Notes: generated by a model not told the origin, from the letters alone. Shown: positions 10,592 to 22,770, counted from the stretch's first letter. The stretch is 64,000 nucleotides of DNA from Malacoraja senta (GCA_038087875.1 CM075999.1:2482001-2546000), one strand, 5' to 3'. Numbers and translations are program-made.

Positions 10592-11168
10592 GAAGGAACT
10601 GCAGATGCTGGAGAATCGAAGGTGGACAAAATTGCTGGAGAAACTCAGCAGGTGCGGCAGCATCTATGGAGAGAAGGAAATAGGCAACGTTTCGGGCCGA
10701 AACCCTTTAAGGGTTTCGGCCCGAAACGTTGCCTATTTCCTTAAAGGTTTAGGCCCGAAACGTTGCCTATTTCCTTAAGGGTTTCGGCCCGAAACGTTGC
10801 CTATTTCCTTAAGGGTTTAGGCCCGAAACGTTGCCTATTTCCTTAAGGGTTTAGGCCCGAAACGTTGCCTATTTCCTTAAGGGTTTAGGCCCGAAACGTT
10901 GCCTATTTCCTTAAGGGTTTAGGCCCGACACGTTGCCTATTTCCTTAAGGGTTCAGGCCCGAAACGTTGCCTATTTCCTTAAGGGTTTAGGCCCGAAACG
11001 TTGCCTATTTCCTTAAGGGTTTAGGCCCGAAACGTTGCCTATTTCCTTAAGGGTTTAGGCCCGAAACGTTGCCTATTTCCTTAAGGGTTTCGGCCCGAAA
11101 CGTTGCCTATTTCCTTCGCTCCGTAGATGCTGCCGCACCCGCTGAGTTTCTCCAGCAATCTTGTCTAC
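10592..11168. mobile_element. Fold-back PLE subfamily-B element with internal tandem array
   Basis: Inverted arms meeting at GAAACCCTTTAAGGGTTTC; exact 16-bp TSD CTAAAGAAAAGTCCCA (10576-10591, 11169-11184). Confidence 0.85.
10709..11116 (+). repeat. Minisatellite, 12 x 34 bp hammerhead-derived unit
   Basis: Unit AAGGGTTT(A/C)GGCCCGAAACGTTGCCTATTTCCTT starting every 34 bp from 10709 to 11083. Confidence 0.95.
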
Positions 11169-11337
11169 CTAAAGAAAAGTCCCAATCCAAAACTTAACCT
11201 ATCTGAACTCGATGGGCCTGTTTCCCCGCTGTATCTCCAAAGTCTCATTACATATCATTATCTTTTAAGGTTTCTTTCTTCAAAATAAAAGAATCCTCAA
11301 CGGAGATGTTAAAATCTGCATCGATGTTATCATCTGC

Positions 11338-11649
11338 AGGAGCACGGTGGCGCAGCGGTAGAGTTGCTGCCTCACAGCGTCAGAGACCCGGGTTCGATCC
11401 AGACTAAGGGTGCTGTCTGTACGGAGTTTGTACGTTCTCCCCGTGACCTCGTGGGTCTTCTACGGGATTTTCAGTTTCCTCTCACGCTCCAAAGACGTAG
11501 AACTTTGTAGGTTAATTGGCTTGGTGTAAATGTAAATTATCCCTAGTGTGTGTAGGATAGTGTTAGTGTGCGGGGATCGCTGGTTGGTGCGGACTCGGTG
11601 GGCTGAAGGGCCTGTTTCCCCGCTGAACTATCTCTAAACTAAACTAAAC
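11338..11649 (+). mobile_element. V-SINE, full length
   Basis: A box, B box, V-core, (TAAAC)n tail. Confidence 0.9.
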
Positions 11650-12379
11650 ACTGCAGAACTACTGGAGAAACATGGCTGATCATCCACACTCAGTACCCTG
11701 TTTCTGCCTTCTCCCCATATCTCCTGCAGAACTACAACTGCTTAATATTTGACATAAGTTCAAAGTGCTAATTTTTCCCTCAACTGAATCATATAATATT
11801 TTCTACCTTTCACCATCTGCCGAGTTATAGTTCACTTCTAAAGTCCCCTTAAAGCAGTCGACATTTAAGCATTTTTTATTACGCTTGGTTATTTTTAAAT
11901 CATCCCATATTATCTTTTACTCAGAACAATCTGCACATTCATAAAAATTTATGTTCCATTGATGCTGCTGGAATTAAAGATTTGAACCTCTTCCTGATGG
12001 CATAAGGAGGACGTGATGCTTAAGGTACGATCACCGCTATAGGGGAGACGCAACAAACTGTACATAGTTCATATGTTTATAAATTCATAGGTTACAGGAG
12101 TAGAATTAGGCCATTCGGCCCATCAAGTCTACTCCGCCATTCAATCATGGCTGATCTATCTTTCCTTCTCAACCCCATTCTCCTGTCTTCTCCCCATAAC
12201 CCCTGACATTAGAATCTATCGTCCCCCGCCTTAAAAGTGCGCATATACTAAAAATAGTCAGTGACCCGGGTTCGATCCTGATTACGGGTGGTTGTCTGTA
12301 CGGAGTTTGTATCATTTCCCCGTGACCTGCGTGGGTTGTCACCGGGATCTCCGGTTTAATCCCACTCTCCAAAGTGGTA

Positions 12380-12665
12380 CAATAGACAATGGGCAATAGG
12401 TGCAGGAGCAGGCCATTTGGCCCTTCGAGCCAGCACCGCCATTCACTGTGATCATGGCTGATCATCCACACTCAGTACCCTGTTTCTGCCTTCTCCCCAT
12501 ATCCCCTGACTCCGCTATCTTTAAGAGCCCTATCTAACTCTCTCTTGAAAGTATACAGAGAATTGGCCTCCACTGCCTTCTGAGGCAGAGAATTCCACAG
12601 ATTCACAACCCTCTGTGTGAAAAAGTTTTTCCTCTTCTCCGTTCTAAATGGTTTACCCCTTATTT
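12380..12665 (-). mobile_element. CR1 LINE 3' fragment
   Basis: [19 protein letters not shown]...GYGEKAETGY*. Confidence 0.9.
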
Positions 12666-12677
12666 TTTGCAGGCTGA

Positions 12678-13113
12678 AGGTAGACGCAAAATGCTGGAGT
12701 AACTCAGCGGGACAGGCAGCATCTCTGGAGAGAAGGAATGGATGACATTTCGGTAGAGACCCTTCCTCAGACTGAGAGACAGGGGAGAGGGAGTCTATAG
12801 ATATGGGTAAGGTGTGAAAAGGGCCGATCAAAGCAGACAACGCTCAAGGAAATGTCGAGTGGTTCATTGTTGGCTGTGGGGAAGCTGACAACGAGGCATA
12901 CAAACAGTGAAACAGTGAAAGTGAAGAGGACAATGAAACTAGTCGGAGAACTAGGGTGGGGGAGGGACGGAGAGAGAGGAAAAGCAAGAGTTACTTGAAG
13001 TTAGAGAAATCAATATTCATACCTCTGGGATGAAGGGTCTTGAAGGGTCACCCATTCCTTCTCTCCAGAGATGCTGCCTGTCCCGCTGAGTTACTCCAGC
13101 ATTTTGTGCCTAC
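12678..13113. mobile_element. PLE subfamily A: endonuclease end and 3' UTR (minus) followed by an inverted terminal copy
   Basis: Minus strand GMNIDFSNFK* at ~12990-13023; inverted arm 13040-13113. Confidence 0.8.
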
Positions 13114-13296
13114 CGTTTAGTGCAAGGTAAACCCAGTAAAGTCTGATCAAAGATAGTCCGAGGGTCACCAATGAGGTAGATGGTAGTTCAGGACCGCTCT
13201 CTGGTTGTGGTGGGATGGTTCAGTTGCCTGATAACAGCTGGGAAGAAACTGTCCCTGAATCTGGAGGTGTGCGTTAAATCACACTTTTATATCGAA

Positions 13297-13526
13297 GATA
13301 GACACAAAAAGCTGGAGTAACTCAGCAGGACGGGCAGCGTCTCTGGAGAGAAGGAATGGGTGACGTTTCGGGTCGAGACCCTTCTTTATAAGTCTGACGA
13401 AGGGTCTCGACACGAAACGTCACCCATTCCTTCTCTCCAGAGATGCTGCCTGTCCCGCTGAGTTACTCCAGCTTTTTGTGTCTATCCGCTGGGTTGTAAG
13501 CTGCCCAAGCGAAATATGAGGTGCTG
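13297..13526. mobile_element. Fold-back PLE subfamily-A unit plus short GIY-YIG coding fragment
   Basis: Inverted arms centred on TTTATAAG; CTGACGA...GAAACGTC at 13394-13421. Confidence 0.8.
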
Positions 13527-14103
13527 ATTATTGGCTTGGCATAATTGTAAATTGTCCCTAGTGTGTGCAGTATAGAGCTAGTGTGCGGGGATCGCTGGTC
13601 GACACGGACTTGGTGGGCCGAAGGGCCTGTTTCCTCGCTGTATGTTGGAGGTGGGAACTCTCCAGATTTCTTCGTGTCTCCGTGTGCCATTGTGCCACCC
13701 ATATTTGTAGAAACTGTTGTTTGATGTTCCAGCTATTTTCTTTCGGAGTGCAACACTGCGATAACATGCTGCACGCAGAACATATGCTGCTGCTGCTGCT
13801 GCTACTGATCACGGGGGTGTTTGTTCCCGTTTTTGTCTGTCTGTAAACTCTGTTGTGGTTCGAGTTGGCGAAGGTGTTAAATAGTGTGCAAAGTTGAAGC
13901 AATTCGTTGCACAATTCGCTGCATTGGTGGGTGTATGGAAAGGGCTGACAGAGGAGATAGTTGAGGCAGGGACTATCCCAACATTTAAGAAACAGTTAAA
14001 CAGGTACATGGATAGGACAGGTTTAGAGGGATATGGGCCAAACTCAGGCAGGTAGGAATAGTGTAGCTGGGACATGTGGGCTGGTGTGGGCGAGTTTAGG
14101 GCT

Positions 14104-14478
14104 TTTTAGTTTAGTTTAATTTAGAGATACAGAGCGAAAACAGGCACTTCAGCCCACCAAGTCTGTGCCGACCATCGATCCCAGCACAATAACGCTATCC
14201 AACACATATTAGGGACAATTTTACATTTATACCAAGCCATGATCATATTGAATGGTGGTGCTGGCTCAAAGGGCCAAATGGCCTACTCCTGCACCTATTT
14301 TCTAATATCGTGCATATTCCGTGCATCTTTGGGGTGTGGGAGGAAACCGAAGATCTCAGAGGAAACCCACGCAGGTCACGGGGAGAACGAACAAACTCCA
14401 CGCAGACAGTACCCGTAGTCGGGATCGAACCCGTGTCTCTGGCGCTGTGAGGCAGCAACTCTACCGCTGCTCCACCGG
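14104..14478 (-). mobile_element. V-SINE with nested CR1 tail fragment
   Basis: SINE motifs; CR1 3' UTR at ~14236-14303. Confidence 0.8.
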
Positions 14479-14976
14479 GTGAAGGGCCTGTTTCCATAGA
14501 AACATAGAAAATAGGTGCAGGAGGAGGCCATTTGGCCCTTCGAGCCAGCACCGCCATTCATTGCGATCATGGCTGATCGTCCCCAATCAATAACCTGTGC
14601 TTATAGAAACATAGAAAATAAATTCCGCGCTGCATGAGTCTGTGACTCCATGACTCTTAATGCTCCACCGCGATTGGGATTCGAGACGTCTCTTGTTCGT
14701 GGAACGCCCCCTTTTTTTCCGTCAGGAAAATCATTTTACTTGGTAAATACGAAGTGTTAATTGGGGAGATGCTGAAGATGGCAGTGAAAATGCAAGTAGC
14801 AATAACATTTTTCTCCAAGATTTCTCAACGTGTGATCTTCATATTAGAGTAATTAAGAGGATTGCCAAGACTGAGCTCCACAGGTACATCCCTCTGCATT
14901 ACGCTGCTTGAAGCCCTCGCTAAACTTGCAGCTTTGCAGACCCACGGCGTTTAGTGTGAGCATTTGTTTCAAGAGA

Positions 14977-15425
14977 AGGTCGACAAAAATGCTGGAGAAA
15001 CTCAGCGGGTGAAGCAGGATCTATGGAGCGAAGGAATAGGTGACGTTTTGGGTCGAGACCCTTCTTCAGACTGATGTCCGGGGGGGGGTGGGGGCGGGCA
15101 AAAGAAAGGAAGAGACGGAGACAGTGGGCTGCGGGAGAGCTGGGAAGGGGAGCGGAAGGAGGGAGAAAGCAAGGACTACCTGAAATTGGAGAAGTCAATC
15201 TTCATACCGCTGGGGTGTAAACTACCCAAGCGAAATATGAGGTGCTGCTCCTTGAATTTGCGGTGGGACTCACTCTGGCAATGGAGGAGGCCCAGGACAG
15301 AAAGGTCGGATTCGGAATGGGATGGGGGAGTTGAAGTGCTGAGCCACCGGGAGATCAGATTGTGAACTGAGCGGAGGTGTTGGGCGAAGCGATCGCCAAG
15401 CCTGCGCTTGGTCTCGCCGAGGTTG
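14977..15425 (-). mobile_element. PLE with GIY-YIG endonuclease remnant
   Basis: Minus strand LGETKRRLGDRFAQHLRSVH...SDLSVLGLLHCQSESHRKF.EQHLIFRLGSLHPSG; degenerate hammerhead 15039-15071. Confidence 0.85.
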
Positions 15426-15439
15426 AGCAGTTGACACCT

Positions 15440-15946
15440 ATTTCAAGAGGATCAGAATACAAAAACAGGGATGTAATGCTGAGGCTCCATAAGGCGCTGG
15501 TCAGGCCAGAGGGTCCAGAGGAGGTTTACGAGAACGATCCCAGGAACGAGTGGGTTAACGTATGATGAGCGTTTGACGGCACTGGGCCTGTACTCGCTGG
15601 AGTTTAGAAGGATGAGGGGTGACTTCATTGAAAGTTATCGAATAGTGAATGGCTTGGAGAGGATGTTTCCACTAGTGGGAGAGTCGAGGACCAGAGGGCA
15701 CAGCCTTAAAATTAAAGGATGTTCCTTTAGGAAGGAAATGAGGAAGAATTTCTTTAGTCAGAGAGTGGTGAATCTGTGGGATTCATTGCCACTGAAGGCT
15801 GTGGAGGCCAAGTCAATGGACATTTTTAAGGCAGAGATTGATAGATTCCTGATTAGTGCGGGTGTCAGGGATTATGGGGAGAAGCCAGGAGAATGGAGTT
15901 GAGATTAAATGATAGTTCAGCCATGATTTGAATGGCGGAATAGACT
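15440..15946 (+). mobile_element. CR1 LINE 3' fragment
   Basis: LGLYSLEFRRMRGDFIE...FFSQRVVNLWDSLP. Confidence 0.9.
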
Positions 15947-16039
15947 ACATTTGCAACAACAGTTAACCTCTTCAAGGGTCATCTTTGTGTAAGCAGCACT
16001 CAATTATACAGCAGAAGGTGCTGAACATGCAGGACTTAT

Positions 16040-16177
16040 GGCCAGGACAGGAAGGACAGTGTGGGAATGGGAGTTGCAAGGGTTGACAACCGTGAGATCC
16101 TGTAGGCCTTGGCGGACCGAGCGTAAGTGTTCAGCTAATCGGTCACCGAGTCTACGTTTGGTCTCACTGATGTACAG
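16040..16177 (-). mobile_element. PLE GIY-YIG endonuclease fragment
   Basis: Minus strand LYISETKRRLGDRLAEHLRSV (YIG-motif region). Confidence 0.75.
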
Positions 16178-16290
16178 TTACTAGTCATTAGGTAGACAAA
16201 AATACTGGAGAAACTCAGCATTTTTGTCTACCTTCGATTTTTCCAACATCTGCAGTTCTTTCTTAAACACAACGGTACTGGTCATTAGTT

Positions 16291-16508
16291 TAAGAAGGAA
16301 CTGCTGATGTTGGTTTACACCGAAGATAGACACAAAAAGCTGGAGTAACTCAGACAGGCAGCATCTCTGGAGAGATGGAATGGGTGACGTTTCGGGTCGA
16401 GACTCCTCTTGGTCTGAAGATGGGGTCTCGACCCGAAACATCACCCATTCCTTCTCTCCAGAGATGCTGCCTGTCCCGCTGAGTTACTCCAGCTTTTTGT
16501 GTCTATCT
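16291..16508. mobile_element. Fold-back PLE subfamily-A unit
   Basis: Inverted arms meeting at the hammerhead (~16405-16412). Confidence 0.8.
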
Positions 16509-16816
16509 TTAGTTTAGTTTAGTTCAGAGAAACAGCACAGGAAGAGGCCCTTCGAACGCACAGACCAGCGATCCCCGCGCACTAACACCACCCTACACAC
16601 ACCGGGGACAGTTTACATTTACACCAAGCCAGTTAACCTACAAACCTGCACGTCTTTGGAGTGTGGGAGGAAACCGAAGATCCCGGAAAAAAACCCACGC
16701 AGGTCACGGGGAGGACGTACAAACTTCGTACAGACAGCGCTCCGTAGTCGGGATCAAACCCGGGTCTCTGGCGCTGTGAGGCAGAAACTCTACCCGCTGC
16801 GCCTCCGTGCCGCCCT
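16509..16816 (-). mobile_element. V-SINE
   Basis: A/B boxes, V-core, tail. Confidence 0.9.
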
Positions 16817-17864
16817 TGTTTGGTTTTGTTATACGTGAATCCGATGGAGCGGACACACGTCTTCCTCTGAGTTTGCAGCAAAGTATATGAAATGAAAATA
16901 TGCATCAAACATCCTTAATCGGCAAACAGCATTTTAATTCCTCAACTACTTGCTCTTGTAATAGGCGAGGAACCGCAATGGAGTGAATTAATGGCATTGA
17001 TTGAGATATCCATTCACTTCCTCATTTAAGTGGAGCTTAAGGCTGCTACAGATCATTAGTGAAGGGCATTGCATGCTTATTAAGCGATGGAGATGAATTA
17101 ACCTCAGGCAAGGCTTTGCGTTATGTGAAACAAACAAATACATTCTATTGGAAGCCCAAGATTTACAGTCAATTTCTGAACATGATGATCAAGAAACAAC
17201 GACATCCCAAAATTCAAAGTCAAAATCCTTTACTGGATCCTTTACTGGGCGGTCACGGTGGCGCAGCGGCAGAGTTGCTGCCTTACCGCGCCGGAGACCC
17301 GGGTTCGATCCTGATCACGGGTGCTGTCCGTACGGAGTTTGTACGTTCTCTAAATTAGGGGAGGGTGAAAAACGATGAACAAAGTGCTGGTGTAACTCAG
17401 CGGGACAGACAGCAACTCCGGAGAATATGGATAGGTGACATTTCGGGTCGAGACTCTTCTTCAGACTGTGGGATTGCAGATCATATCAGAGGAGACTAAA
17501 AAGATAGCAAGGGGCTATGAATATTAACAATATCTTATTTGAGTGAGAGTCATGCCACACGAAAACAGCCCCTTCATCCCAACTCGTCAACCATGATCAC
17601 TGTGAATGGTGGTGCTGGCTCGAAGGGCCGAATGGCCTCCTCCTGCACCTATTGTCTATGACAACCAAGATGCCCCATTTAAGCTAGTCCCACCTGCCTG
17701 CATTTGGCCAATATCCCTTGAAACCTTTCCTATCCATGTACCTGTCCAAGTATCTGTTATAGTACCAGCCTCAACTACCTCCTCCGGCAGCTCATTCCAT
17801 ACACCACCCTCTGTGTGAAAAAATTGCCTCTCAGGTTCCTATTAGTTCTTTCCAATCTCCCCTA

Positions 17865-18260
17865 TGTGTAGCAAGGAACAGCAGATGCTGGTTTAATCCG
17901 AAGATAGTGCTGGAGTAACTCAGCGGGACGGGCAGCATCTCTGGAGAGAAGGAATAGGTGGCGTTTGGGGTCGAGACCCTTCTTCAGACTGGTCAGGGGA
18001 GAGGGAAACGAGAGATATAGACGGTGATGTAGAGAGATAAAGAACAATGAATGAAAGACATGCAACAAAAGTAACAATGATAAAGAAAACAGGCCATTGT
18101 TAGCTGTTTGCTAGGTGAGAACGAGAAGCTGGTGTGACTTGGGAGGGGGAGGGATGGAGAGAGAGGGAATGCCGGGGTTACTTGAAGTTGAAGAAATCAA
18201 TCTTCAATCTTCATTCGTTTGAGCAGCGTGGTATGCATATTGATTTCTCTAACTTCAAAG
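17865..18260 (-). mobile_element. PLE subfamily A 3' end with short inverted endonuclease-end copy
   Basis: 3' UTR and IDFFNFK* on minus; GMHIDFSNFK on plus at ~18230-18259. Confidence 0.75.
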
Positions 18261-18486
18261 GGGCTCCCCTCAAACCTAGCTCCTCTGGTTCCCTGTACAT
18301 GCACGTTATTATTGATCCAAAGGCAAAGTACTGCAGATGCTGCGCATTTCAAGCATTTTTCTAAAGTCTCTGCGATAAAATAAATTGATTTGTGTTTTGG
18401 ACGGCATCTGTATGGAATGTAGCGTTCAATGTTCACGCTCTGACCTGTCCTGTCCAACCAGAGTTTCTGGTTTGTCCACTATTTCA

Positions 18487-18737
18487 TTTTTAGTTTTAGT
18501 TTAGTTTTAGTTTTAGTTTTAGTTTAGAGATACAGCGCAGACTACAAACCTGTATGTCTTTGGAGTTGTGGGAGGAAACCGAAGATCTCGGAGGAAACCG
18601 AAGATATTGGAGAAAACCCACGCAGGTTACAGGGAGAAGGTACAAACTCCGTACAGACAGCACCCGTAGTCGGGATCGAACCCGGGTCTCTGGGGCTGTG
18701 AGGCAGCAACTCTACCGCTGCGCCACCGTGCCGCCCT
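18487..18737 (-). mobile_element. V-SINE
   Basis: A/B boxes, V-core with internal duplication. Confidence 0.85.
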
Positions 18738-18902
18738 AATTCTGGCCTCGAATTCCAACCCTAGACCTCCCCATCTCTTCCATCGTTTAAAATCTCTGCC
18801 TTTGACCAAGTCGATATATATATATATATATAGATATAGAAATAGACACAAAAAGCTGGAGTAACTCAGCGGGACGGGCAGCATCTATGGAGAGAAGGAA
18901 TG

Positions 18903-18935
18903 GGTGACGTTTCGGGTCGAGACCCTTCTTCAGAC
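18903..18935 (-). ncRNA. Minimal type-I hammerhead ribozyme motif, PLE subfamily A, intact core
   Basis: Minus strand GT-CTGAAGA-A-GGGT-CTCG-ACCC-GAAAC-GTC-ACC; GUC cleavage triplet. Confidence 0.75.
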
Positions 18936-19986
18936 TGACTCTTTGGTGTAAACCAGCATCTGCAGTTCCTTCCTATATATATATATATATACAGGAAGGA
19001 ACTGCAGATGCTTGCAGTTTATATATATATATAAATATAAACACCCTGGTGTGGCTTGGGGAATATGTATTTTCCAGATGACAACTCTGTAAAGGGCTTT
19101 GAGATATTTTTGCTTCTTTTAAAGTCGCTGTATCAATTGAAGTGTTTTTTTGTTGTTGTGACATTTCTGTGGAACAACAGGTAGCGACTCAAAGATATTT
19201 ATCCTCATTGATGTATGACCCCACATTTCTGCACGCAAGCACACACAGCTCCAATAATAAAAAGTGACAATTTGAAACGCGATACTTTTTTTGATGAGGG
19301 CTTCAATTCACGTGTTCGACATTAATTGCATACTGATTAAATCTCCACGTTTTGCGACAGGAGACGGAGCATAAATCAGACTTGAACCTGCCTTTAAAAA
19401 GCTGATCATTTGATGTGGTTTCTTTGATTTTTGTTTCCATGCAGCAGTAACCGAAGCAGCAAGTGACATGTTCATATTTAAAGTGATTGATTTCACTTGA
19501 GACTACGATTCCATTGCTTTACGCCAAAGTACTACAACATTTTAATTTCCCCCTAACAAATAAGAAGATCAAAGCACAGCAAAAGACTTGGAATTGAACT
19601 CAGGCAGCTTGTTGTAAATACATAGTGGTAGGCAGAATATTTAAGTAGGCAGTGTTTAGATTAGTTGAGTTTAGTTGAGTTTAGTTTAGTCGGGGAACTG
19701 CAGATGTTGGTTTCAACACAAAAAGCTGGAGTAACTCAGCGGGTCAGGCAGCATCTCTGGAGAAAAGGTATAGGTGACGTTTCGGGTCGGGATGCTTCTA
19801 CAGACTGGTTTATGCACTAGGGACAATTTAAGTTTTACACCAAGCCGATCAACCTACAAACCTGTAGGTCTTTGGGAGGAAACCGAAGATGTCGGAGAAA
19901 ACCCACGCAGGTCATGGGGAGAAGGTACAAACTCCGTACGGACAGCACCCGTAGTCAGAATCGAACCCGCGTCTCTGGCGCTGTGA

Positions 19987-20382
19987 TGCCGATTTTTTAG
20001 GCGACTGCAGGCGACTAGGCTGTCGCTGTCGCCTGTAAGGTGGTGAGTCGTCTCCTCAGTCGCCCAAAGAGTCGTAGCGTCTTTCTGGTCGCCGCTGGAT
20101 TTTCAACACGTTGAAAGAATTTTCCTGAGAGAGTCGGCGACAGTGGGTTTGACGCCAATGAGCGTAGCTTGACTTCTCTTGACGTTGGTGCTGTTGTAGT
20201 TGTCGCCAGGTGACGTAGGTTGTCGCCGGTACTGACTTCGTTTTATTTTAAAATTGTTAAAGTAATGATTCTATTTCAAATTTTATGTCGAAGGGGGGTC
20301 CAGTCGCCGTTTTTTCAGCCACCTGCTACGACTATGACAGTCGCCGGCAGTCGCCTTAAAATAGCCTAAGTGGACAGGCCCA
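19987..20382. mobile_element. PIF/Harbinger-type MITE (left end truncated) inserted in V-SINE 19815-20422
   Basis: Right end AAGTGGACAGGCCCA; subterminal inverted repeat TAGGCGACTG/CAGTCGCCT; TGA at 19984-19986 and 20383-20385. Confidence 0.7.
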
Positions 20383-21210
20383 TGAGGCACGCAACTCTAC
20401 CGCTGCGCCACTGTGGCGCCCTATTTCAATTTGGATTTTTCTTTCAAATGCTCTTCATTGTTTATTTAATATTTGTGGTGCTCAGGCCATCCACTACATA
20501 CACATTGGCCTTTTCCCATTCGAAGCCTCTTCCCCACCACAGAGCTTGGGAACTCGAGCAAGTTGCGTTGGAATTTCCAGCTGCTTTTGGTCATTTGGGA
20601 CTGGGAATCTTCTCTCTGGGAAAACAGCTGGATACACAATGCAGGCGTTCCCGTGATTTGCCGGTAAGAAATGAGATTCCTTGCTGCCCAACTGTTAATA
20701 CTGCCAGGAGAGAAAAATGGAGATAGACGCAAAATGCTGGAGTGACTCAGGCAGCATCTCCGGAGAGAAGGAATGGGTGACGTTTCAGGTCACCTCCTCC
20801 TCTCTGGTTGGAACTCTGCTTTGCTCTTCATCGCAGTGATGAACATTATGAGGGACTCATTCATTGTCACGCCCGGTGCTGGGAAACATGCGAATATATC
20901 ACATGTATATCACACTTTGTTTTAATCCAAGAAGAAGTTCGGATCTGCCAGAGGAGAAGTGGTATACAAAAAAAAATGAGTAAACACTGTTGGCAAGCAC
21001 TCAAATAATGTGCCATTATTCTTGCCTCTGGCAACGGGCTCCGACTGTAAAGGAAGACTCCATTATTTTTGGGCTATTGTTTAATGCCTACACTATTAGT
21101 GTTGGCCTATATTGGCTCCCAATCCACCAATGTCCGAAATGTCACCATCTCATTGTCCTCTTCAAATCTTTTTTCTTCATGGCCTGGCCCTTCTCTATCT
21201 CAAGACTGAA

Positions 21211-21548
21211 AATAGACAATAGACAATAGACAATAGACAATAGATGCAGGAGTAGGCCATTTGGCCCTTCGAGCCAGCACCGCCATTCTATGTGATCATG
21301 GCTGATCATCCCCAATCAGTACCCCGTTCCTGCCTTCTCCCCATATCCCCTGACTCCGCTATTTTTAAGAGCCCTATCTAGCTCTCTCTTAAAAGCACCA
21401 GAGAACACCTGCTCCACCGCCCTCTGAGGCAGAGAATTCCACAGACTCACAACTCTCTGTGAGAAAAAGTGTTTCCTCGTCTCCGTTCTAAATGGCCTAC
21501 TCCTTATTCTTAAACTGTGGCCCCTGGTTCTGGACTCCCCCAACATCG
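21211..21548 (-). mobile_element. CR1 LINE 3' fragment
   Basis: PMLGESRTRGHSLRIR...[10 protein letters not shown]; (TATTGTC)n tail. Confidence 0.9.
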
Positions 21549-21794
21549 GTGAATGGACGAATGCTTTATTGACGTGGTGAATACTGTAGTCACAGTGAAA
21601 TTCTTTGTTTCGCATACCCAAGGTATGCAAAGAGTCTCCACGTAAAAGACGCCGACAACGTTACAAAGTATCCTCGTGCCACGTCCTCCTTTATAAGCGA
21701 GTTCGGTATTCCTGAAAAACGCAATGAATTATGGGATTTGTCAACGGTCTCTGAGGGGTCTTTACAAGTGAAAGGGGCTCCAGAGAGTTGCCAT

Positions 21795-22262
21795 TAAGCT
21801 GGAAAGAGTGAAGAGCGAAACAGATTTACGAGGAATTTGCCAGGACCTGAGCTACAGGAAGAGTTTGAGCAGACTAGGACTCTATTCCTTGGAGCACAGA
21901 GGATGAGGGATGATCTTATAGAGATGTACAAGATCTTGAGAGAAATAGATCGGGTAGATGCACAGAGTCCCTTGCCCAGGGTAGGGGAATCGAGAACCAG
22001 AGGACTTAGGTTTAAGGTGAAGGGGGAAAGACTTAATAGGAATCTGATGGGTAACTTTTCCACACAAAAAGATCACTACCTTTTGTCACGCCCTGTGCTG
22101 GAAAAGCTGCCAGAGGAGTTCAGTTGAGGCAGGAACTATTGCAATGTTTAAGAAACATTCCAAACTCAGGAATTGGAACTATGGTCGATGGGACAATTGT
22201 TGGCCGGTGTGGATAAGTTGGGCCGATGGGCCTGTTTCCACTTTGTATGACTCTATGACTCC
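21795..22262 (+). mobile_element. CR1 LINE 3' fragment (CTATGACT-tail subfamily), degenerate
   Basis: RMRDDLIEMYKILREIDRVDAQS...GESRTRG.RFKVKG. Confidence 0.8.
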
Positions 22263-22479
22263 ATGAGGCAACGATTCTATGACTAAGACAGACATTGTGG
22301 GCGGCAGGGCCTTTAACCACGCGGTATGACTCTATGACTATGATGGACATTGTGGGCCGAAGGGCCTGTTCCCGTGCTGTACTGTTCTATGTTCTGTGAT
22401 GTTTCAGTGTAAACAGGATTTCAGTGTAAACATTCGGTGTAGGAAGGAACTGTGATGCTGGTTTAAGCCGAAGATAGGC

Positions 22480-22770
22480 TCCTCTGGAAGGCGACTCCGG
22501 ATTGTCAAAGCTGCCACAGCCAGACATAAAAACAGTTTTTATCCACGAGTAGTTGCTCTACTCAACAGCCAAAAATCTGTAGCCTTCCCTTTGATCTGGT
22601 ATTTTGTTGGTTCACATGCTTGATCAATGGTGTTTTATCATTAATGTTTTAATATTATTATTAATGTTTAGTGTTTTCTGAGTCATTCGTAACTGTCACT
22701 GTATGTCATGTTGTTACTTGTGGGTGGAGCACCAAGGCAAATTCCTTGTATGTGAATACTTGGCCAATAA

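Noticed and set aside
10709..11116. CRISPR-like array (34-38 bp repeats, also 24039-24418)
   Set aside because: Head-to-tail repeats with no unique spacers, no cas genes, vertebrate context; the unit derives from the PLE 3' end
13558..13914. ORF with poly-Ser/poly-Leu in unique sequence
   Set aside because: Driven by a short (CTG)n tract, runs into a SINE, no recognisable domain or clear splice pair
20370..20732. Overlapping ORFs and a good GTAAG donor near 20663
   Set aside because: No recognisable protein and no convincing acceptor
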